Positions 38,167 to 48,570 are shown, counted from the first letter of the stretch. The stretch is 64,000 nt of DNA from an uncultured Verrucomicrobiae bacterium (GCA_963812605.1 CAWEWF010000003.1:1-64000); one strand, 5' to 3'. Numbers and translations are program-made. Notes: generated by a model from the letters alone, not told the origin.

Positions 38167-39005
38167 AAACACTGGCTCTTACGGTAATGGCGACATTGGG
38201 GGTTGGCCTGGCAGCTCGCGCCGAAGGTCCGCGACCGTTCCTGTTTCTCAAGACGGGGGAAAAGTTTGCCACCCAGGAAATCGCGGCGCCGACGGTGTCG
38301 GGATTGACCGCGTACATCGGCGAGAAAGTTGTCGGCGCAACCAACGCGTTTGAGCCGCGGGTGATGAACGATCCCGTGAAGGCGGCGGAATTCAGCGGAA
38401 AAAACAAGCCGGCCCTGGGGATTGTCACTGCCGGGTTTTACCTGACGTACGCGAAGGCGCTGGGGATGGAACCGCTCCTGGAAATCAAGCGCGCGGGTGT
38501 GAAGGAGGAGCGTTATGTCCTCGTTACCAGGAAGGATGCCGCGGACGATTTGGCGAAGCTGGAAGGCAAAACAATTGCGACAACACTGGCCGGCGAACAG
38601 CGGTACGTGGGTGGCGTGATTCTGCAGGGGAAACTCGGCGAGGAGATTCGACTCCGACCGACCATGGACGTGGAAGGTTCGGTGTTCGATCTCGCGGAAG
38701 GTTCCAAGAAAGCGGCAGACGCCGTGCTGGTGGAAACGGGCGCGTGGGAGCTGTTCAAGGACGATCCTGATTCCGGCGGGAAGCTGAAAGTGGTCTACCG
38801 ATCGGAAGAGTTGCCGCATGATCTGGTGGTGCTGTTTGCGCCCAAGAGCGATGCGGTGAACATCGACAAACTGAAGCAGGTTTTGAAAGACATGAACGGC
38901 AACGCGGATGGGCAAAAGGTTTTGCAGAGCATTCGCGTTGAGTCGTTCACCGACATCGATGCGGAGAGGCTTGCGAAGGCGGAGAAACTATTCTATGGCA
39001 AATAG
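38163..39005 (+). CDS. PhnD/phosphonate-binding-like periplasmic substrate-binding protein
   Basis: Signal peptide; YVLVTRKD..LAKLEGKTIA, ADAVLV, LKVVYRSEELP; ATGA overlap with hpnD. Confidence 0.7.
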   Translation: MKTLALTVMATLGVGLAARAEGPRPFLFLKTGEKFATQEIAAPTVSGLTAYIGEKVVGATNAFEPRVMNDPVKAAEFSGKNKPALGIVTAGFYLTYAKALGMEPLLEIKRAGVKEERYVLVTRKDAADDLAKLEGKTIATTLAGEQRYVGGVILQGKLGEEIRLRPTMDVEGSVFDLAEGSKKAADAVLVETGAWELFKDDPDSGGKLKVVYRSEELPHDLVVLFAPKSDAVNIDKLKQVLKDMNGNADGQKVLQSIRVESFTDIDAERLAKAEKLFYGK

Positions 39006-39797
39006 GCGCGCGCTGTTGCTCCTAGCGGTCGTGGTCGCGGCGACGTACGGTTGCCGGGCCGTGCGGAATGTCCACGTTGATTCCCAACAGCCGGTGACAC
39101 TCAGCAGCGAAGAAGCGCAGAAGCTGCGCGCGGATGGCCTGGCGTTGTATGGCCAGCAGCCGCGCGGACTGGTTTCAGTGACCGATGCGGCGCGCATGCT
39201 CGAACAGGCGGCGCGGACGCTGCGCGAGGACTACGACGCGCAATGGCAGGCGGCGCAGGCGCTGGCCTTCCTGGCCGAGAACGAGACGCGCCCGGAATTC
39301 CGGCTGGAAGCGGCCCGGCGGGGCGTGGTGCTGGCACGTCAGGCGCGCGCTTTGAAACCGGATGGCGTCGAGGGGCAGTACTGGTATGCGCTGATGGTGG
39401 GCCTGCTGGCCAACGAGGACCGTTCCTACGGGCTGAGCGCGGTTGGAGAGATGGAGACGGCGTTGAAACGGGCGATGGAACTCGACGAGCGTTATGATTT
39501 GGCGGGACCCCGCGCGTGCTGGGCATTTTGCATTTGCGCACGCCGCCTCCGCCCACGAGCATCGGCAGCCCGCGCAAGGCGTTGCGGTTGTTGCAGCACG
39601 CGGTGGAATTATTCCCCGATTACCCGGAGAATTACCTTTATCTGGCGGAAGCCCTGCGCGATAATGGCCGGGCGGACGAGGCGCGAGAAGCTCTCCGCAA
39701 AGTCCTGGAGGCAAAGCCGTGGCCGGATCGACAGTTCGAGAGCCAGGAGTGGAAAACGGCAGCGCTCAAGCTGCGCGATCACTTGGACAAACCCTGA
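38995..39797 (+). CDS. TPR-like (TatT-type) lipoprotein (frameshift near 39515)
   Basis: Lipobox TYGC; EGQYWYA..GLLA, RAMELDERYDLAGP/..LGILHLRTPPPP.SIGS, ENYLYLAEAL. Confidence 0.7.
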
Positions 39798-40207
39798 AGA
39801 AGAAGCCCCCGCTCTTCTGGGTGGCGATCTCCTTCCTGGTCGTGGCGGCGGCGGTGGCGGGCACGTACACGGTGACGCACGTTGGCAAACACGCGCAGGC
39901 CCGGCACGATGTGCAGGTGATCGCGATGGCGCTGGATGGCTTCGCCATGGAGAACGGTGATTATCCGAAAGGCACGCGGGGTGAGATTTGCCAGTTGTTG
40001 CGCGGCGAATCCATCAAGGGCCAGAATCCCAGGAAGCTCGACTACGTCTCAGCCCTGCCTGCCGAAATGAATGCCGCCGGAGAATTTCTTGATCCTTGGG
40101 GCGAACCGTATCGGATCTCGGTCGACCCAAGAACGCGCGTCTACTCGTGCGGACCAAATCGCGTTGACGACCAGGGCGATGGCGACGACATCACCAGTTG
40201 GAAGTAG
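39719..40207 (+). CDS. GspG-like (T2SS pseudopilin G C-terminal domain) membrane protein; true start probably near 39794
   Basis: TM helix, ALDGF..ENGDYP, LDPWGEPY, YSCGPNRVDDQGDGDDITSW. Confidence 0.75.
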   Translation: MAGSTVREPGVENGSAQAARSLGQTLKKKPPLFWVAISFLVVAAAVAGTYTVTHVGKHAQARHDVQVIAMALDGFAMENGDYPKGTRGEICQLLRGESIKGQNPRKLDYVSALPAEMNAAGEFLDPWGEPYRISVDPRTRVYSCGPNRVDDQGDGDDITSWK

Positions 40208-40431
40208 GAGGCGGGTCATACCCATGTCGGCACCACCAGCGATGAGATCTTCTACCCGCATAATGGAGGCGATAAGTGGGAACGGCTGGCCGCCTATCTG
40301 TCGCCAGTGCTTTCGCTGGAGGCAGCGGCGGTGTAGTTGTGGTCAGAAATCAAAGACAATTCATAACTTGCCCCGCAGCGCTTCAAGCCAATTGTTTAAC
40401 GGTGAGACCTTACCCTATTTGATAGTAAGCT

Positions 40432-41124
40432 ATGAAGGTGTTTAATAGGCAGAAGTTTGAGTCGTTTTACGACCGAGATTCGGAAGTGACGTTTTCGGAC
40501 ATCGAATTCCGTCGTTGTTACTTTGAGAGCTGCCGCCTATCAATCACGCGAGAGCCGCGATTACGGTCAACAATTCGCAATATCAACCTGTTAAATTGCG
40601 AACAACACGGCTGCGCTGTTAATGCGGCGATCATTGAGGATGTGTTGGTGGACGGGCTAAAGACGCATGGCCTGCTGCAAACTTGGGCGGCAGTGTTCAA
40701 GCACGTGATTTTGCGAGGCTTCATCAATCGTGTCATGTTCAGCTCTGCTGTTGCTGCGGGACTTGCCACCAAAACCGAACAATTGGCTTTTGATGAGGCC
40801 AACGCGGAATGCTACGCAACCGTAGATTGGGCACTCGATATCTCGGAGGGTGAATTCGAAGAGTGTGAGATCCAAGGAATACCTGCGCGTCTGATCCGAC
40901 GGGATCCAGCCACACAGGTCGTGGTGAAACGGCAAAAAGCCATTCAAGGCCATTGGCGTGAACTGGATTTGTCGAAAACCCATTGGGGAACCTCAATTGC
41001 ATTTCTATTGGAACGAGGCGAGGGTGATACGGTGTTAGTTGCTGGGAAACGAGACAAGAAGTTTCGGCAATTGGTCGATGGGTTAAAGTTGCTGCGAGAT
41101 TCGGGTGTCGCCGAGCCTGATTAG
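40432..41124 (+). CDS. Hypothetical protein (lower GC, beta-helix-like N-terminal region)
   Basis: Clean 230-aa ORF; FSDIEFRRCYFESC-type periodicity. Confidence 0.7.
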   Translation: MKVFNRQKFESFYDRDSEVTFSDIEFRRCYFESCRLSITREPRLRSTIRNINLLNCEQHGCAVNAAIIEDVLVDGLKTHGLLQTWAAVFKHVILRGFINRVMFSSAVAAGLATKTEQLAFDEANAECYATVDWALDISEGEFEECEIQGIPARLIRRDPATQVVVKRQKAIQGHWRELDLSKTHWGTSIAFLLERGEGDTVLVAGKRDKKFRQLVDGLKLLRDSGVAEPD

Positions 41125-41290
41125 AAGGACAGAACTGGTGACAATGCGTCTTTCTGCATTTCTGATTGCGTTCCTTGACATCAGTGTCAGTTCCTCGCCA
41201 GCTATGATTATCGCACGCCGCGGCTAACGAAGAATGAGCGCAGCGCGTGACTCTGCGTCAGGTCTTGTCATTCAGCACATTGGCTTGAAA

Positions 41291-41313
41291 CACAGGCAGG
41301 GACGCCTGTGCCA
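41291..41313. repeat. REP-like palindrome CACAGGCAGGGACGCCTGTGCCA
   Basis: Identical 23-mer at 37526-37548 inside hpnD. Confidence 0.8.
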
Positions 41314-41375
41314 ACAAGGCTTTTTGATGCTGGGGATGCTTGCCCAAAAACTGCGGCGCGGTGGGCCACCGCGCC

Positions 41376-41810
41376 CTACCATTGCGTGCGAACTTCGTTG
41401 CCTTCGTCGATGTCGAGGAGGTCGAAGAAGGTTTGGATGTCGTCGCGGTTGGCGACGCCGAATTCTTTTTTGCGTTCCGCGAGACGCTGGCTGGCATCGT
41501 CGCGCCAGCCGCGTTTGCTGAGGAAACCGTTCCACACTTCGATTTCTTCGGGTGACGGTTTGCGGCCATTGGTGAAACACCATTCGAGGACGTCGACATC
41601 CTCGCCGCCCAGCTTGACGCGGGCAACGACATCTTCGTATTTCACGCCCAGAAAGGCGCAGCAGCGACCGTCGAATCCGCCGCCGAGCGCTTTATGGTAA
41701 TCCGCGGGCAGTTTGCCCTGCGCGTGGAGGCGGATTTTGTCGAGCATGCGGCCAACGTACACAATGTCGCCAAGTTTTTCGTGTGGACTGCGAAGACCGG
41801 AAATTTTCAT
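41376..41810 (-). CDS. DUF5069-family protein
   Basis: LRSPHEKLGDIVYVGRMLDKIRLHAQGKLPADY, FDLLDIDEG. Confidence 0.85.
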   Translation of the reverse strand: MKISGLRSPHEKLGDIVYVGRMLDKIRLHAQGKLPADYHKALGGGFDGRCCAFLGVKYEDVVARVKLGGEDVDVLEWCFTNGRKPSPEEIEVWNGFLSKRGWRDDASQRLAERKKEFGVANRDDIQTFFDLLDIDEGNEVRTQW

Positions 41811-41875
41811 GAGGCGATTGTAGCGCGTAGTAGGGTGCGGCGCAATGGGGAGAAAGAGCGACGAGCTTTTTAATT

Positions 41876-41936
41876 GAAGGGATACGCTCCGTCGCGTCCG
41901 TCTGGTCAATGCGGCCACGACGGAGCGTGGCCCTCC
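41876..41936. repeat. Inverted REP pair (degenerate forward copy plus exact reverse copy of the 23447 repeat)
   Basis: GAAGGGATACGCTCCGTCGCGTCCG ... GCGGCCACGACGGAGCGTGGCCCTCC. Confidence 0.7.
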
Positions 41937-41942
41937 GAGAAA

Positions 41943-42662
41943 TCAGAATTTGAAATTCCAAGCGTCGGTGGCGTATTTCTCCCGCACGAGTTTCTCCACG
42001 CGTTTCTCGGGAATCTCCTTTAGCGCTTCGCCGGCATTCCAGGCGCGCTTCATCGCGTCTTTAATGTCCTCTGCCGGCAAATTCAGGTTTGTGAGGAAGT
42101 CTTTGTGCGCACGGCGACGGCGGTACTGTGGTTGTTGGGAAGGCATTTGCAACACCTGTTCCATGAGCGCGAGATCGAGGTTGAGCAGGAAGGAGCCGTG
42201 GAAGAGGAGGAAATGCCGTTTGCGGCGTTGCGAATTGCCGGAGAATTTCAGTCCTTGCAGCGTCAGGTCGGTGTGGCCCTGGATGAGGACTTTGCCACCG
42301 AGCAGCAGGTTCAGCGCGTTACGGTTTCGGTTCATGACGAACGCGTTGGCTTCGGCGATGTTCGCGAGGGGCAAGTCGCCGCGAATTTTGAGGAGAAGCG
42401 CGTAATTCAGGCACCCCGGCCCTTGCAACACCGTCCCGCCGCCGCTGCACCGGCGCAGCACCGGGACCTCCAGCTTTTTGCAGGAATCCAGGTTCACTTC
42501 TGTGCGGGTTCTGTTAGAATATCCGAGGACGACGAAGTGTTGGCGCGGCTGCCAGAAGCGGAGGATTTCGTCGCCCGACCCTTCTTCGCACGAATCGAGG
42601 AGCGCCTCGTCGCCCGCGAGATTCTCTTGCGGAGTGTGCAGGGTTCGGTCTAAGTATTTCAT
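41943..42662 (-). CDS. Lipoate-protein ligase family protein (LplA/LipM-like)
   Basis: NLAGDEALL, LRRCSGGGTVLQGPGCLNY, KFSGNSQ, HGSFL; divergent from the PDH operon. Confidence 0.9.
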   Translation of the reverse strand: MKYLDRTLHTPQENLAGDEALLDSCEEGSGDEILRFWQPRQHFVVLGYSNRTRTEVNLDSCKKLEVPVLRRCSGGGTVLQGPGCLNYALLLKIRGDLPLANIAEANAFVMNRNRNALNLLLGGKVLIQGHTDLTLQGLKFSGNSQRRKRHFLLFHGSFLLNLDLALMEQVLQMPSQQPQYRRRRAHKDFLTNLNLPAEDIKDAMKRAWNAGEALKEIPEKRVEKLVREKYATDAWNFKF

Positions 42663-42718
42663 GGCACTTGGATTTGGTCGGAAAAAGGCTATTATCCAAT
42701 TAATGGCCCGGTAACATT

Positions 42719-45454
42719 GTGAAAGCAGACGCGAAAGAACAACAACAAAGTGCGCCGTCCACGGGGCGGCTGGAGCCGTCCGTCGTTTCCGCCCCGAACA
42801 AGAACGGCGGCGAAGATCAGCGGTCGCTGGATTCACTCGAATTCATCCTGGAATACGTGCTGAAGAACCAGGGGACCGAGCATGCCTCGCTGGTGTTGAG
42901 CAAGCTCTTGAAGCGTTTGCGGGAAGCGGGAATCAAGCTGCCGTCGGGCATCAGCACGCCGTATGTGAACACGATTCCCGCCGAGGACGAGCCGGAATAC
43001 CCCGGTAACCGTGAACTTGAACGTCGTATCAAGAGCCTCACGCGGTGGAATGCGATGGCGATGGTGGTCAATGCCAACCGCGAGCACGCCGGTCTTGGCG
43101 GTCACATCTCCACGTACGCTTCTTGTGCCACGTTATACGAAGTCGGTTTCAACCATTTCTTCCACGGTGGCGAGGGCAACGGGCCCGGGGACTTGGTTTA
43201 TTTTCAGGGTCACGCTTCGCCGGGGAACTACGCACGGGCTTTCCTCGAGCGGCGGCTGGATGAGCATCACTTGCAGCATTTTCGCCAGGAACTCGCCGAG
43301 GGCGGCGGGTTGTCGTCCTATCCGCATCCGTATTTGATGCCGGACTTCTGGCAGTTCCCAACGGTATCGATGGGACTCGGCCCGATCATGTCGATTTACC
43401 AGGCCCGTTTCAATCGGTACCTGCGGGCCCGCGGTTTTGTCTCGGGCGAAGAGCCGAAGGTCTGGTGTTTCGTGGGCGACGGCGAAAGCGATGAACCGGA
43501 GACTCTCGGGGCGCTGACGCTGGCTTCACGCGAGGGACTCGACAATTTGGTTTGGGTGGTCAATTGCAATCTCCAGCGCCTGGACGGGCCGGTGCGCGGC
43601 AACGGGAAAATTATTCAGGAACTGGAAGCGGCGTTCCGCGGCGCAGGCTGGAATGTAATCAAGGTCATCTGGGGCTCGAATTGGGACCGGTTGTTGCGCG
43701 CGGACAAGACGGGGCTGCTGGCGAAGCGCATGGAAGAAGCTGTCGATGGCGACTACCAGAAATACTCGGTCGAGCCGGGCAGTTATACGCGCAAACATTT
43801 TTTCGGCAAGTATCCCGAATTGCTCGAATTGGTGAACGGCCTTACGGATGACCAGATTCACAAGCTCGTACGCGGCGGTCATGATCCGCAGAAGGTTTAT
43901 GCCGCGTTCAAAGCTGCCGTCGAGCACAAGGACGCGCCGACCGTGATCCTCGCCAAGACCGTCAAAGGCTACGGTCTCGGCGAAGCCGGCGAGGGCCGCA
44001 ATATCAGCCATCAGCAGAAGAAGATGAACGAAAAAGAGCTGCGCGAGTTTCGCGAGCGCTTTGGCGTGCCGATCAGCGACGAGGATGTGGCGCAGACGCC
44101 GTTTTATCGTCCGCCCCCGGATAGCCCCGAGACGAAATATCTGCTGGAACGCCGCAAGGCGCTGGGCGGGTTCCTGCCGGTGCGGACTGTGCGCGCGCCG
44201 AAACTCCAGGTACCGGCGCGGAGTGAATTTGGCGAGCTGCTTAAAGGTTCGGGGCGAATGGAAGCATCGACGACGATGGGGTTTGTCCGACTGCTGAGCA
44301 TGCTGCTGCGCAATAAGCAGATTGGCAAACACATCGTGCCAATTATCCCCGACGAAGCGCGCACCTTCGGGATGGATGCCCTGTTCCGCGAGATTGGCAT
44401 CTACGCGCCGAAGGGACAGCTTTACGAGCCCGTGGACCGCGAATCGCTACTGTATTATCACGAGACAAAGGACGGACAAATTCTGGAGGAAGGCATCACC
44501 GAGGCAGGGTCGATGTCATCGTTCATTGCGGCGGGCACGGCGTACGTGAACCATGCCGTGAACATGATTCCGTTTTACATTTATTATTCGATGTTTGGCT
44601 TCCAGCGCATCGGGGACCTGATGTGGCTGGCAGGCGATATTCGGGCCAAGGGTTTCCTGCTCGGTGCAACGGCCGGCCGGACCTCGCTGAACGGCGAAGG
44701 TCTGCAACATCAAGACGGACACAGCCAGTTGATGGCCGCGACAATCCCGACGTTGATGGCCTATGATCCGGCATTCGCTTATGAGATCGCGGTAATCGTC
44801 CAGGACGGGATGCGCCGCATGTACCAGGAGGGCGAGGATGTTTTCTATTACCTTTCGCTCTACAATGAGAATTACGCGATGCCGGCGATGCCCGAAGGCG
44901 TGGAGGATGGCATTCTCAAGGGGCTTTATAAATTTCGCAAGGGCGCGGGTGGCAAGAAGCACAAGGCGCACATTTTCGGCAGCGGCACGATTATCCGCCA
45001 GGCGTTGCGCGCGCAGGAGATTCTCGCCGAACGATACGATGTTTCCGCCGATGTCTGGAGCGCGACGAGTTACAAGCTGTTGAAGACGGACGTGCAACGC
45101 GCCAGCCGTTGGAACATGCTGCACCCGACCGAGCCGCCGCGGAAATCTTATTTGGAAACGCTGTTGCAACCGGAGAAAGGCGTGTTTGTGGCCGTTTCGG
45201 ACAACGTCAAGCTCGTGCCCGACCAGATCGCGCCGTGGGTGCCAGGCGGACTGGCGACCCTCGGCACGGACGGTTTTGGACGCAGTGACACCCGCGAAAA
45301 CTTGCGCCGCTTCTTTGAGATCGACGCCGAAAGCACGGTCATCGCCACGCTCTATTCGCTGGCGAAAAAGGGCGAGATCGAGATGAAGGTGGTCGCGCAG
45401 GCGATCAAGGACCTGAAGGTCGATCCGGAAAAAGCGTACCCGTTTACGGTGTAG
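42719..45454 (+). CDS. aceE: Pyruvate dehydrogenase E1 (homodimeric type)
   Basis: GGHISTYAS, QGHASPG, SYPHP, FPTVSMGLG, GDGESDEPE, EEGITEAG, GEGLQHQDG, LGTDGFGRSDTR. Confidence 0.97.
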   Translation: MKADAKEQQQSAPSTGRLEPSVVSAPNKNGGEDQRSLDSLEFILEYVLKNQGTEHASLVLSKLLKRLREAGIKLPSGISTPYVNTIPAEDEPEYPGNRELERRIKSLTRWNAMAMVVNANREHAGLGGHISTYASCATLYEVGFNHFFHGGEGNGPGDLVYFQGHASPGNYARAFLERRLDEHHLQHFRQELAEGGGLSSYPHPYLMPDFWQFPTVSMGLGPIMSIYQARFNRYLRARGFVSGEEPKVWCFVGDGESDEPETLGALTLASREGLDNLVWVVNCNLQRLDGPVRGNGKIIQELEAAFRGAGWNVIKVIWGSNWDRLLRADKTGLLAKRMEEAVDGDYQKYSVEPGSYTRKHFFGKYPELLELVNGLTDDQIHKLVRGGHDPQKVYAAFKAAVEHKDAPTVILAKTVKGYGLGEAGEGRNISHQQKKMNEKELREFRERFGVPISDEDVAQTPFYRPPPDSPETKYLLERRKALGGFLPVRTVRAPKLQVPARSEFGELLKGSGRMEASTTMGFVRLLSMLLRNKQIGKHIVPIIPDEARTFGMDALFREIGIYAPKGQLYEPVDRESLLYYHETKDGQILEEGITEAGSMSSFIAAGTAYVNHAVNMIPFYIYYSMFGFQRIGDLMWLAGDIRAKGFLLGATAGRTSLNGEGLQHQDGHSQLMAATIPTLMAYDPAFAYEIAVIVQDGMRRMYQEGEDVFYYLSLYNENYAMPAMPEGVEDGILKGLYKFRKGAGGKKHKAHIFGSGTIIRQALRAQEILAERYDVSADVWSATSYKLLKTDVQRASRWNMLHPTEPPRKSYLETLLQPEKGVFVAVSDNVKLVPDQIAPWVPGGLATLGTDGFGRSDTRENLRRFFEIDAESTVIATLYSLAKKGEIEMKVVAQAIKDLKVDPEKAYPFTV

Positions 45455-45484
45455 GCGGGACGATCTCGGTAAAAGGAAACTCGA

Positions 45485-46774
45485 ATGGATATCAAATTAC
45501 CGCGTTTGGGCGAAGGGGCTGAATCGGGGACGGTCGTCAGCATCTTCGTCAAGCCGGGCGATCAGGTCAAGGAAGGCCAGACGATCCTCGAATTGGAAAA
45601 CGAAAAGGCGGTCGCGCCGATTCCGGCCAGCGCCTCCGGTCGCGTGGACAAACTCTACGTCAAGGAAGGCGACAAGATTTCAGCCGGCCAATCGATCCTG
45701 GCGTTGGCGAACGATGGCGCGGCAATTCCCGCAGCGGCGAGAGCGACGGATGCGCCGCGTGAGGGCACGCGGGCTGCAACATCCACGGCGGCTGTATCCG
45801 TTGCGCAACCGCAACGTCCGGAGGTTGCGGTCCTGGGCCAGCCAGTGGCGAGTGGGGCCGTGGCCGCGTCGCCGACCATCCGCAAACTGGCGCAGGACCT
45901 TGGTATCGATTTGACTCGCGTACGCGGGAGTGAGCGTGGGGGGCGTGTCGTCCTGGAGGACCTGCGCGCATACATTCAACAGCTTCAACGGTCCGCTCTC
46001 GAGCCGCAGACCGCGGCGGCGCCGACCGTAGCTCCGGCGAAACCGGCGGAGAAAGTTGATTTTGCGAAATGGGGTCCGGTGTCCCGCCAGCCCGTGACGT
46101 CCTTGCGCAAGATCATTGCGCAACGGATGCATGAATCGTGGGCCAGCGTTCCCCGCGTGACCCAGTTTGATGAAGCCGACATTACCGGCATCCTGGCGTT
46201 GCGGAAGAAGTACGTCGCGAAGTACGAAAAGAAGGGTGGACACCTTACGCTGACGCCGTTCCTGATGAAGGCGGTTGTCGAGGTGTTGAAGAAGTATCCA
46301 GCTTTCAACAGCAGCCTGGACGAGGCGAGCGAGGAAATCGTTTTCAAGAAGTACTATCACATCGGCATCGCGGTGGACACCGAGCAGGGGTTGCTCGTGC
46401 CGGTGATTCGCGATGTGGACAAGAAAAGCGTGCTGCAACTGTCGAAGGAACTGGCCGAAGTGGCCGAAAAAGCGCGCCAGCGCAAGGTGGCGGCGGACGA
46501 TTTGAAGGGCGGCACGTTCACCATCTCGAACCAGGGCGGCATCGGCGGCGGCTTTTTCACGCCGATCGTCAACAAACCCGAGGTAGCGATTTTAGGCGTG
46601 GGGCGCGGAGTCTTGAAGCCGGTGGTGCGTGGTGCGAAGATTGAAAAGCGCACCTTACTGCCGCTCGGGCTGTCGTACGATCATCGGGTGATTGACGGGG
46701 GGACGGCGGCACGGTTTACTGTCGAGGTGGTGCAGGCGCTGGAACAATTTAAGGAAGCCGGCGTCAAGATTTAG
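45485..46774 (+). CDS. aceF: Dihydrolipoamide acetyltransferase E2
   Basis: Lipoyl domain LENEKA, ASPTIRKLA, GGTFTISN, SYDHRVIDG. Confidence 0.95.
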   Translation: MDIKLPRLGEGAESGTVVSIFVKPGDQVKEGQTILELENEKAVAPIPASASGRVDKLYVKEGDKISAGQSILALANDGAAIPAAARATDAPREGTRAATSTAAVSVAQPQRPEVAVLGQPVASGAVAASPTIRKLAQDLGIDLTRVRGSERGGRVVLEDLRAYIQQLQRSALEPQTAAAPTVAPAKPAEKVDFAKWGPVSRQPVTSLRKIIAQRMHESWASVPRVTQFDEADITGILALRKKYVAKYEKKGGHLTLTPFLMKAVVEVLKKYPAFNSSLDEASEEIVFKKYYHIGIAVDTEQGLLVPVIRDVDKKSVLQLSKELAEVAEKARQRKVAADDLKGGTFTISNQGGIGGGFFTPIVNKPEVAILGVGRGVLKPVVRGAKIEKRTLLPLGLSYDHRVIDGGTAARFTVEVVQALEQFKEAGVKI

Positions 46775-46798
46775 GTTGTGGTCCAATAAAGGAAAGCG

Positions 46799-48232
46799 AT
46801 GGAGTCGATCAAGACCGAAATTGTGGTATTGGGCGCGGGCCCGGGCGGTTACGCGGCCGCGTTTTATGCCGCGGACAAGGGCAAGAAGGTGCTGCTGGTC
46901 GAGATGGACAAGCGGCTCGGGGGCGTCTGCCTCAATCGCGGGTGCATCCCGTCCAAGGCGCTCCTGCACGCGGCGCAACTGATCACCGAAGCGCGCAATT
47001 CCGAGCACCGCGGCATTACGTTTGGCGCCCCGAAGATCGACCTGGGCAAACTGCGCACGTGGAAAGACTCCATCATCGAGAAACTGTCGGGCGGCATTGC
47101 CAGCCTGGCGAAGCTGCGCAACGTCGAGGTGTTGTATGGCCGCGGGTATTTTGAAGACTCGAAGACCCTGCGCGTGGAGACGTCGGAGGGCCAGAAGTTC
47201 GTCACGTACGACGCGGCCATCATCGCGGTCGGCTCGAAGTCGGCGATGCCGAAGGCGTTCGACCTTGGCAATCCGCGGATCATGACTTCGCGCGAGGCGC
47301 TGGAAGTGCCGGATGTGCCGGGAACCTTACTGATTGTGGGCGGCGGTTACATCGGGATGGAATTGGGGACGGTGTACGCGACGCTGGGCAGCAAGGTGGT
47401 CGTGGTCGAGGCGCTGGGGTCGATTTTGACCGGGGCCGACCCGGACCTGGTGCGACCTGTCCAAAAGTACGCCGAGAAGGCCTTCCAGGAAGTCCGCGTG
47501 AAGACGAAGGTGGTTTCCATGGCGACCGTGGGCAAGCAGATCAAGGTGGTCATGGAGATGAACGACAAGAAGGTCGAGGAGCTTTATGACCGCGTGCTCG
47601 TGTCGGTCGGCCGCGTGCCGAACCACGCCGACCTCGGGCTCGGAAACACGAAGATCGCGAAGGACGACCGCGGCTTCATCAAGGTCAACGAGAAGCAGCA
47701 GACGAGTGATCCCCGCATTTATGCGATTGGCGACGTGGCGGGCGGAGTGATGCTCGCCCACAAGGCCACGCGCGAGGGGAAAGTGGCGGTGGACGCGATC
47801 CTCGGGGAACACGAGACGCCAAATAAATACATCATTCCCGCTGTTGTTTTCACCGATCCCGAAATTGCGTGGTGCGGGTTGACGGAAACCGAGGCCAAGG
47901 AGAAGGGGATCCCGGTAAAGGTCGCGCGGTTTCCGTGGGCCGCTTCGGGTCGCGCGTTGACGTACGATCGCCCGGACGGACTGACGAAGTTGGTTATCGA
48001 TCCGGCGACCGAGCGCGTGCTTGGAGCCGGCATTGCCGGGCACGGCGCGGGCGAATTGATCGGCGAGATGGTGCTGGCCGTTGAAATGGGCGCGACCGCT
48101 TATGATGTGGCGTCGTCGATCCATCCGCACCCGACACTTTCGGAGACGCTTATGGAGAGTGGTGAAGTATTTTACGGGCAGGCCACGCATACGTTTACGC
48201 GCAAGACGCCCAAGCCGGGCGCTGAAGAATAG
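46799..48232 (+). CDS. lpdA: Dihydrolipoamide dehydrogenase E3
   Basis: GAGPGGY, GGVCLNRGCIPSK, GGGYIG, IHPHPTLSE. Confidence 0.97.
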   Translation: MESIKTEIVVLGAGPGGYAAAFYAADKGKKVLLVEMDKRLGGVCLNRGCIPSKALLHAAQLITEARNSEHRGITFGAPKIDLGKLRTWKDSIIEKLSGGIASLAKLRNVEVLYGRGYFEDSKTLRVETSEGQKFVTYDAAIIAVGSKSAMPKAFDLGNPRIMTSREALEVPDVPGTLLIVGGGYIGMELGTVYATLGSKVVVVEALGSILTGADPDLVRPVQKYAEKAFQEVRVKTKVVSMATVGKQIKVVMEMNDKKVEELYDRVLVSVGRVPNHADLGLGNTKIAKDDRGFIKVNEKQQTSDPRIYAIGDVAGGVMLAHKATREGKVAVDAILGEHETPNKYIIPAVVFTDPEIAWCGLTETEAKEKGIPVKVARFPWAASGRALTYDRPDGLTKLVIDPATERVLGAGIAGHGAGELIGEMVLAVEMGATAYDVASSIHPHPTLSETLMESGEVFYGQATHTFTRKTPKPGAEE

Positions 48233-48311
48233 CCCATGTTGGGACTTTGATGGGCGTCAATGGGTGCGTTCAAATCTAAGAGGGGCGTAACATAGCCGGA
48301 AGAACAGAGAA

Positions 48312-48521
48312 TCAGCGAGATTTGTACTTGCCACGATCTTCGCGGGCGACGGTAAGGCGCGACGGTGTCTCCAAGTATTTGAGACCGTGACGGCGGGCGA
48401 ACTCCTTGCCCTGCCGATTCACCTCGGCCCAAAACTTCTCGCTGCCGACACGCTTCTCTTCGGCGAGCATCGTCTGGCGAATCCGATGCAGTTCCCGGAC
48501 AGCTGCCGGCTCCTTTTCTTT
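48312..48521 (-). pseudogene. Small gene (MKKEKEPAAVRELHRIRQ...), probable PIN-system partner; its ATG near 50439 is separated from it by the IS
   Basis: Removing the IS and one TSD copy restores the reading frame. Confidence 0.6.
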
Positions 48522-48570
48522 CGGAATTATCCCCTTTACATACGGTAGCGTTTTGATGTAGCTTGTTCGC

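Noticed and set aside
39719-40207. Type II secretion system locus
   Set aside because: Only one GspG-like domain, without a clear prepilin GFTLxE motif, and no gspD/E/F nearby
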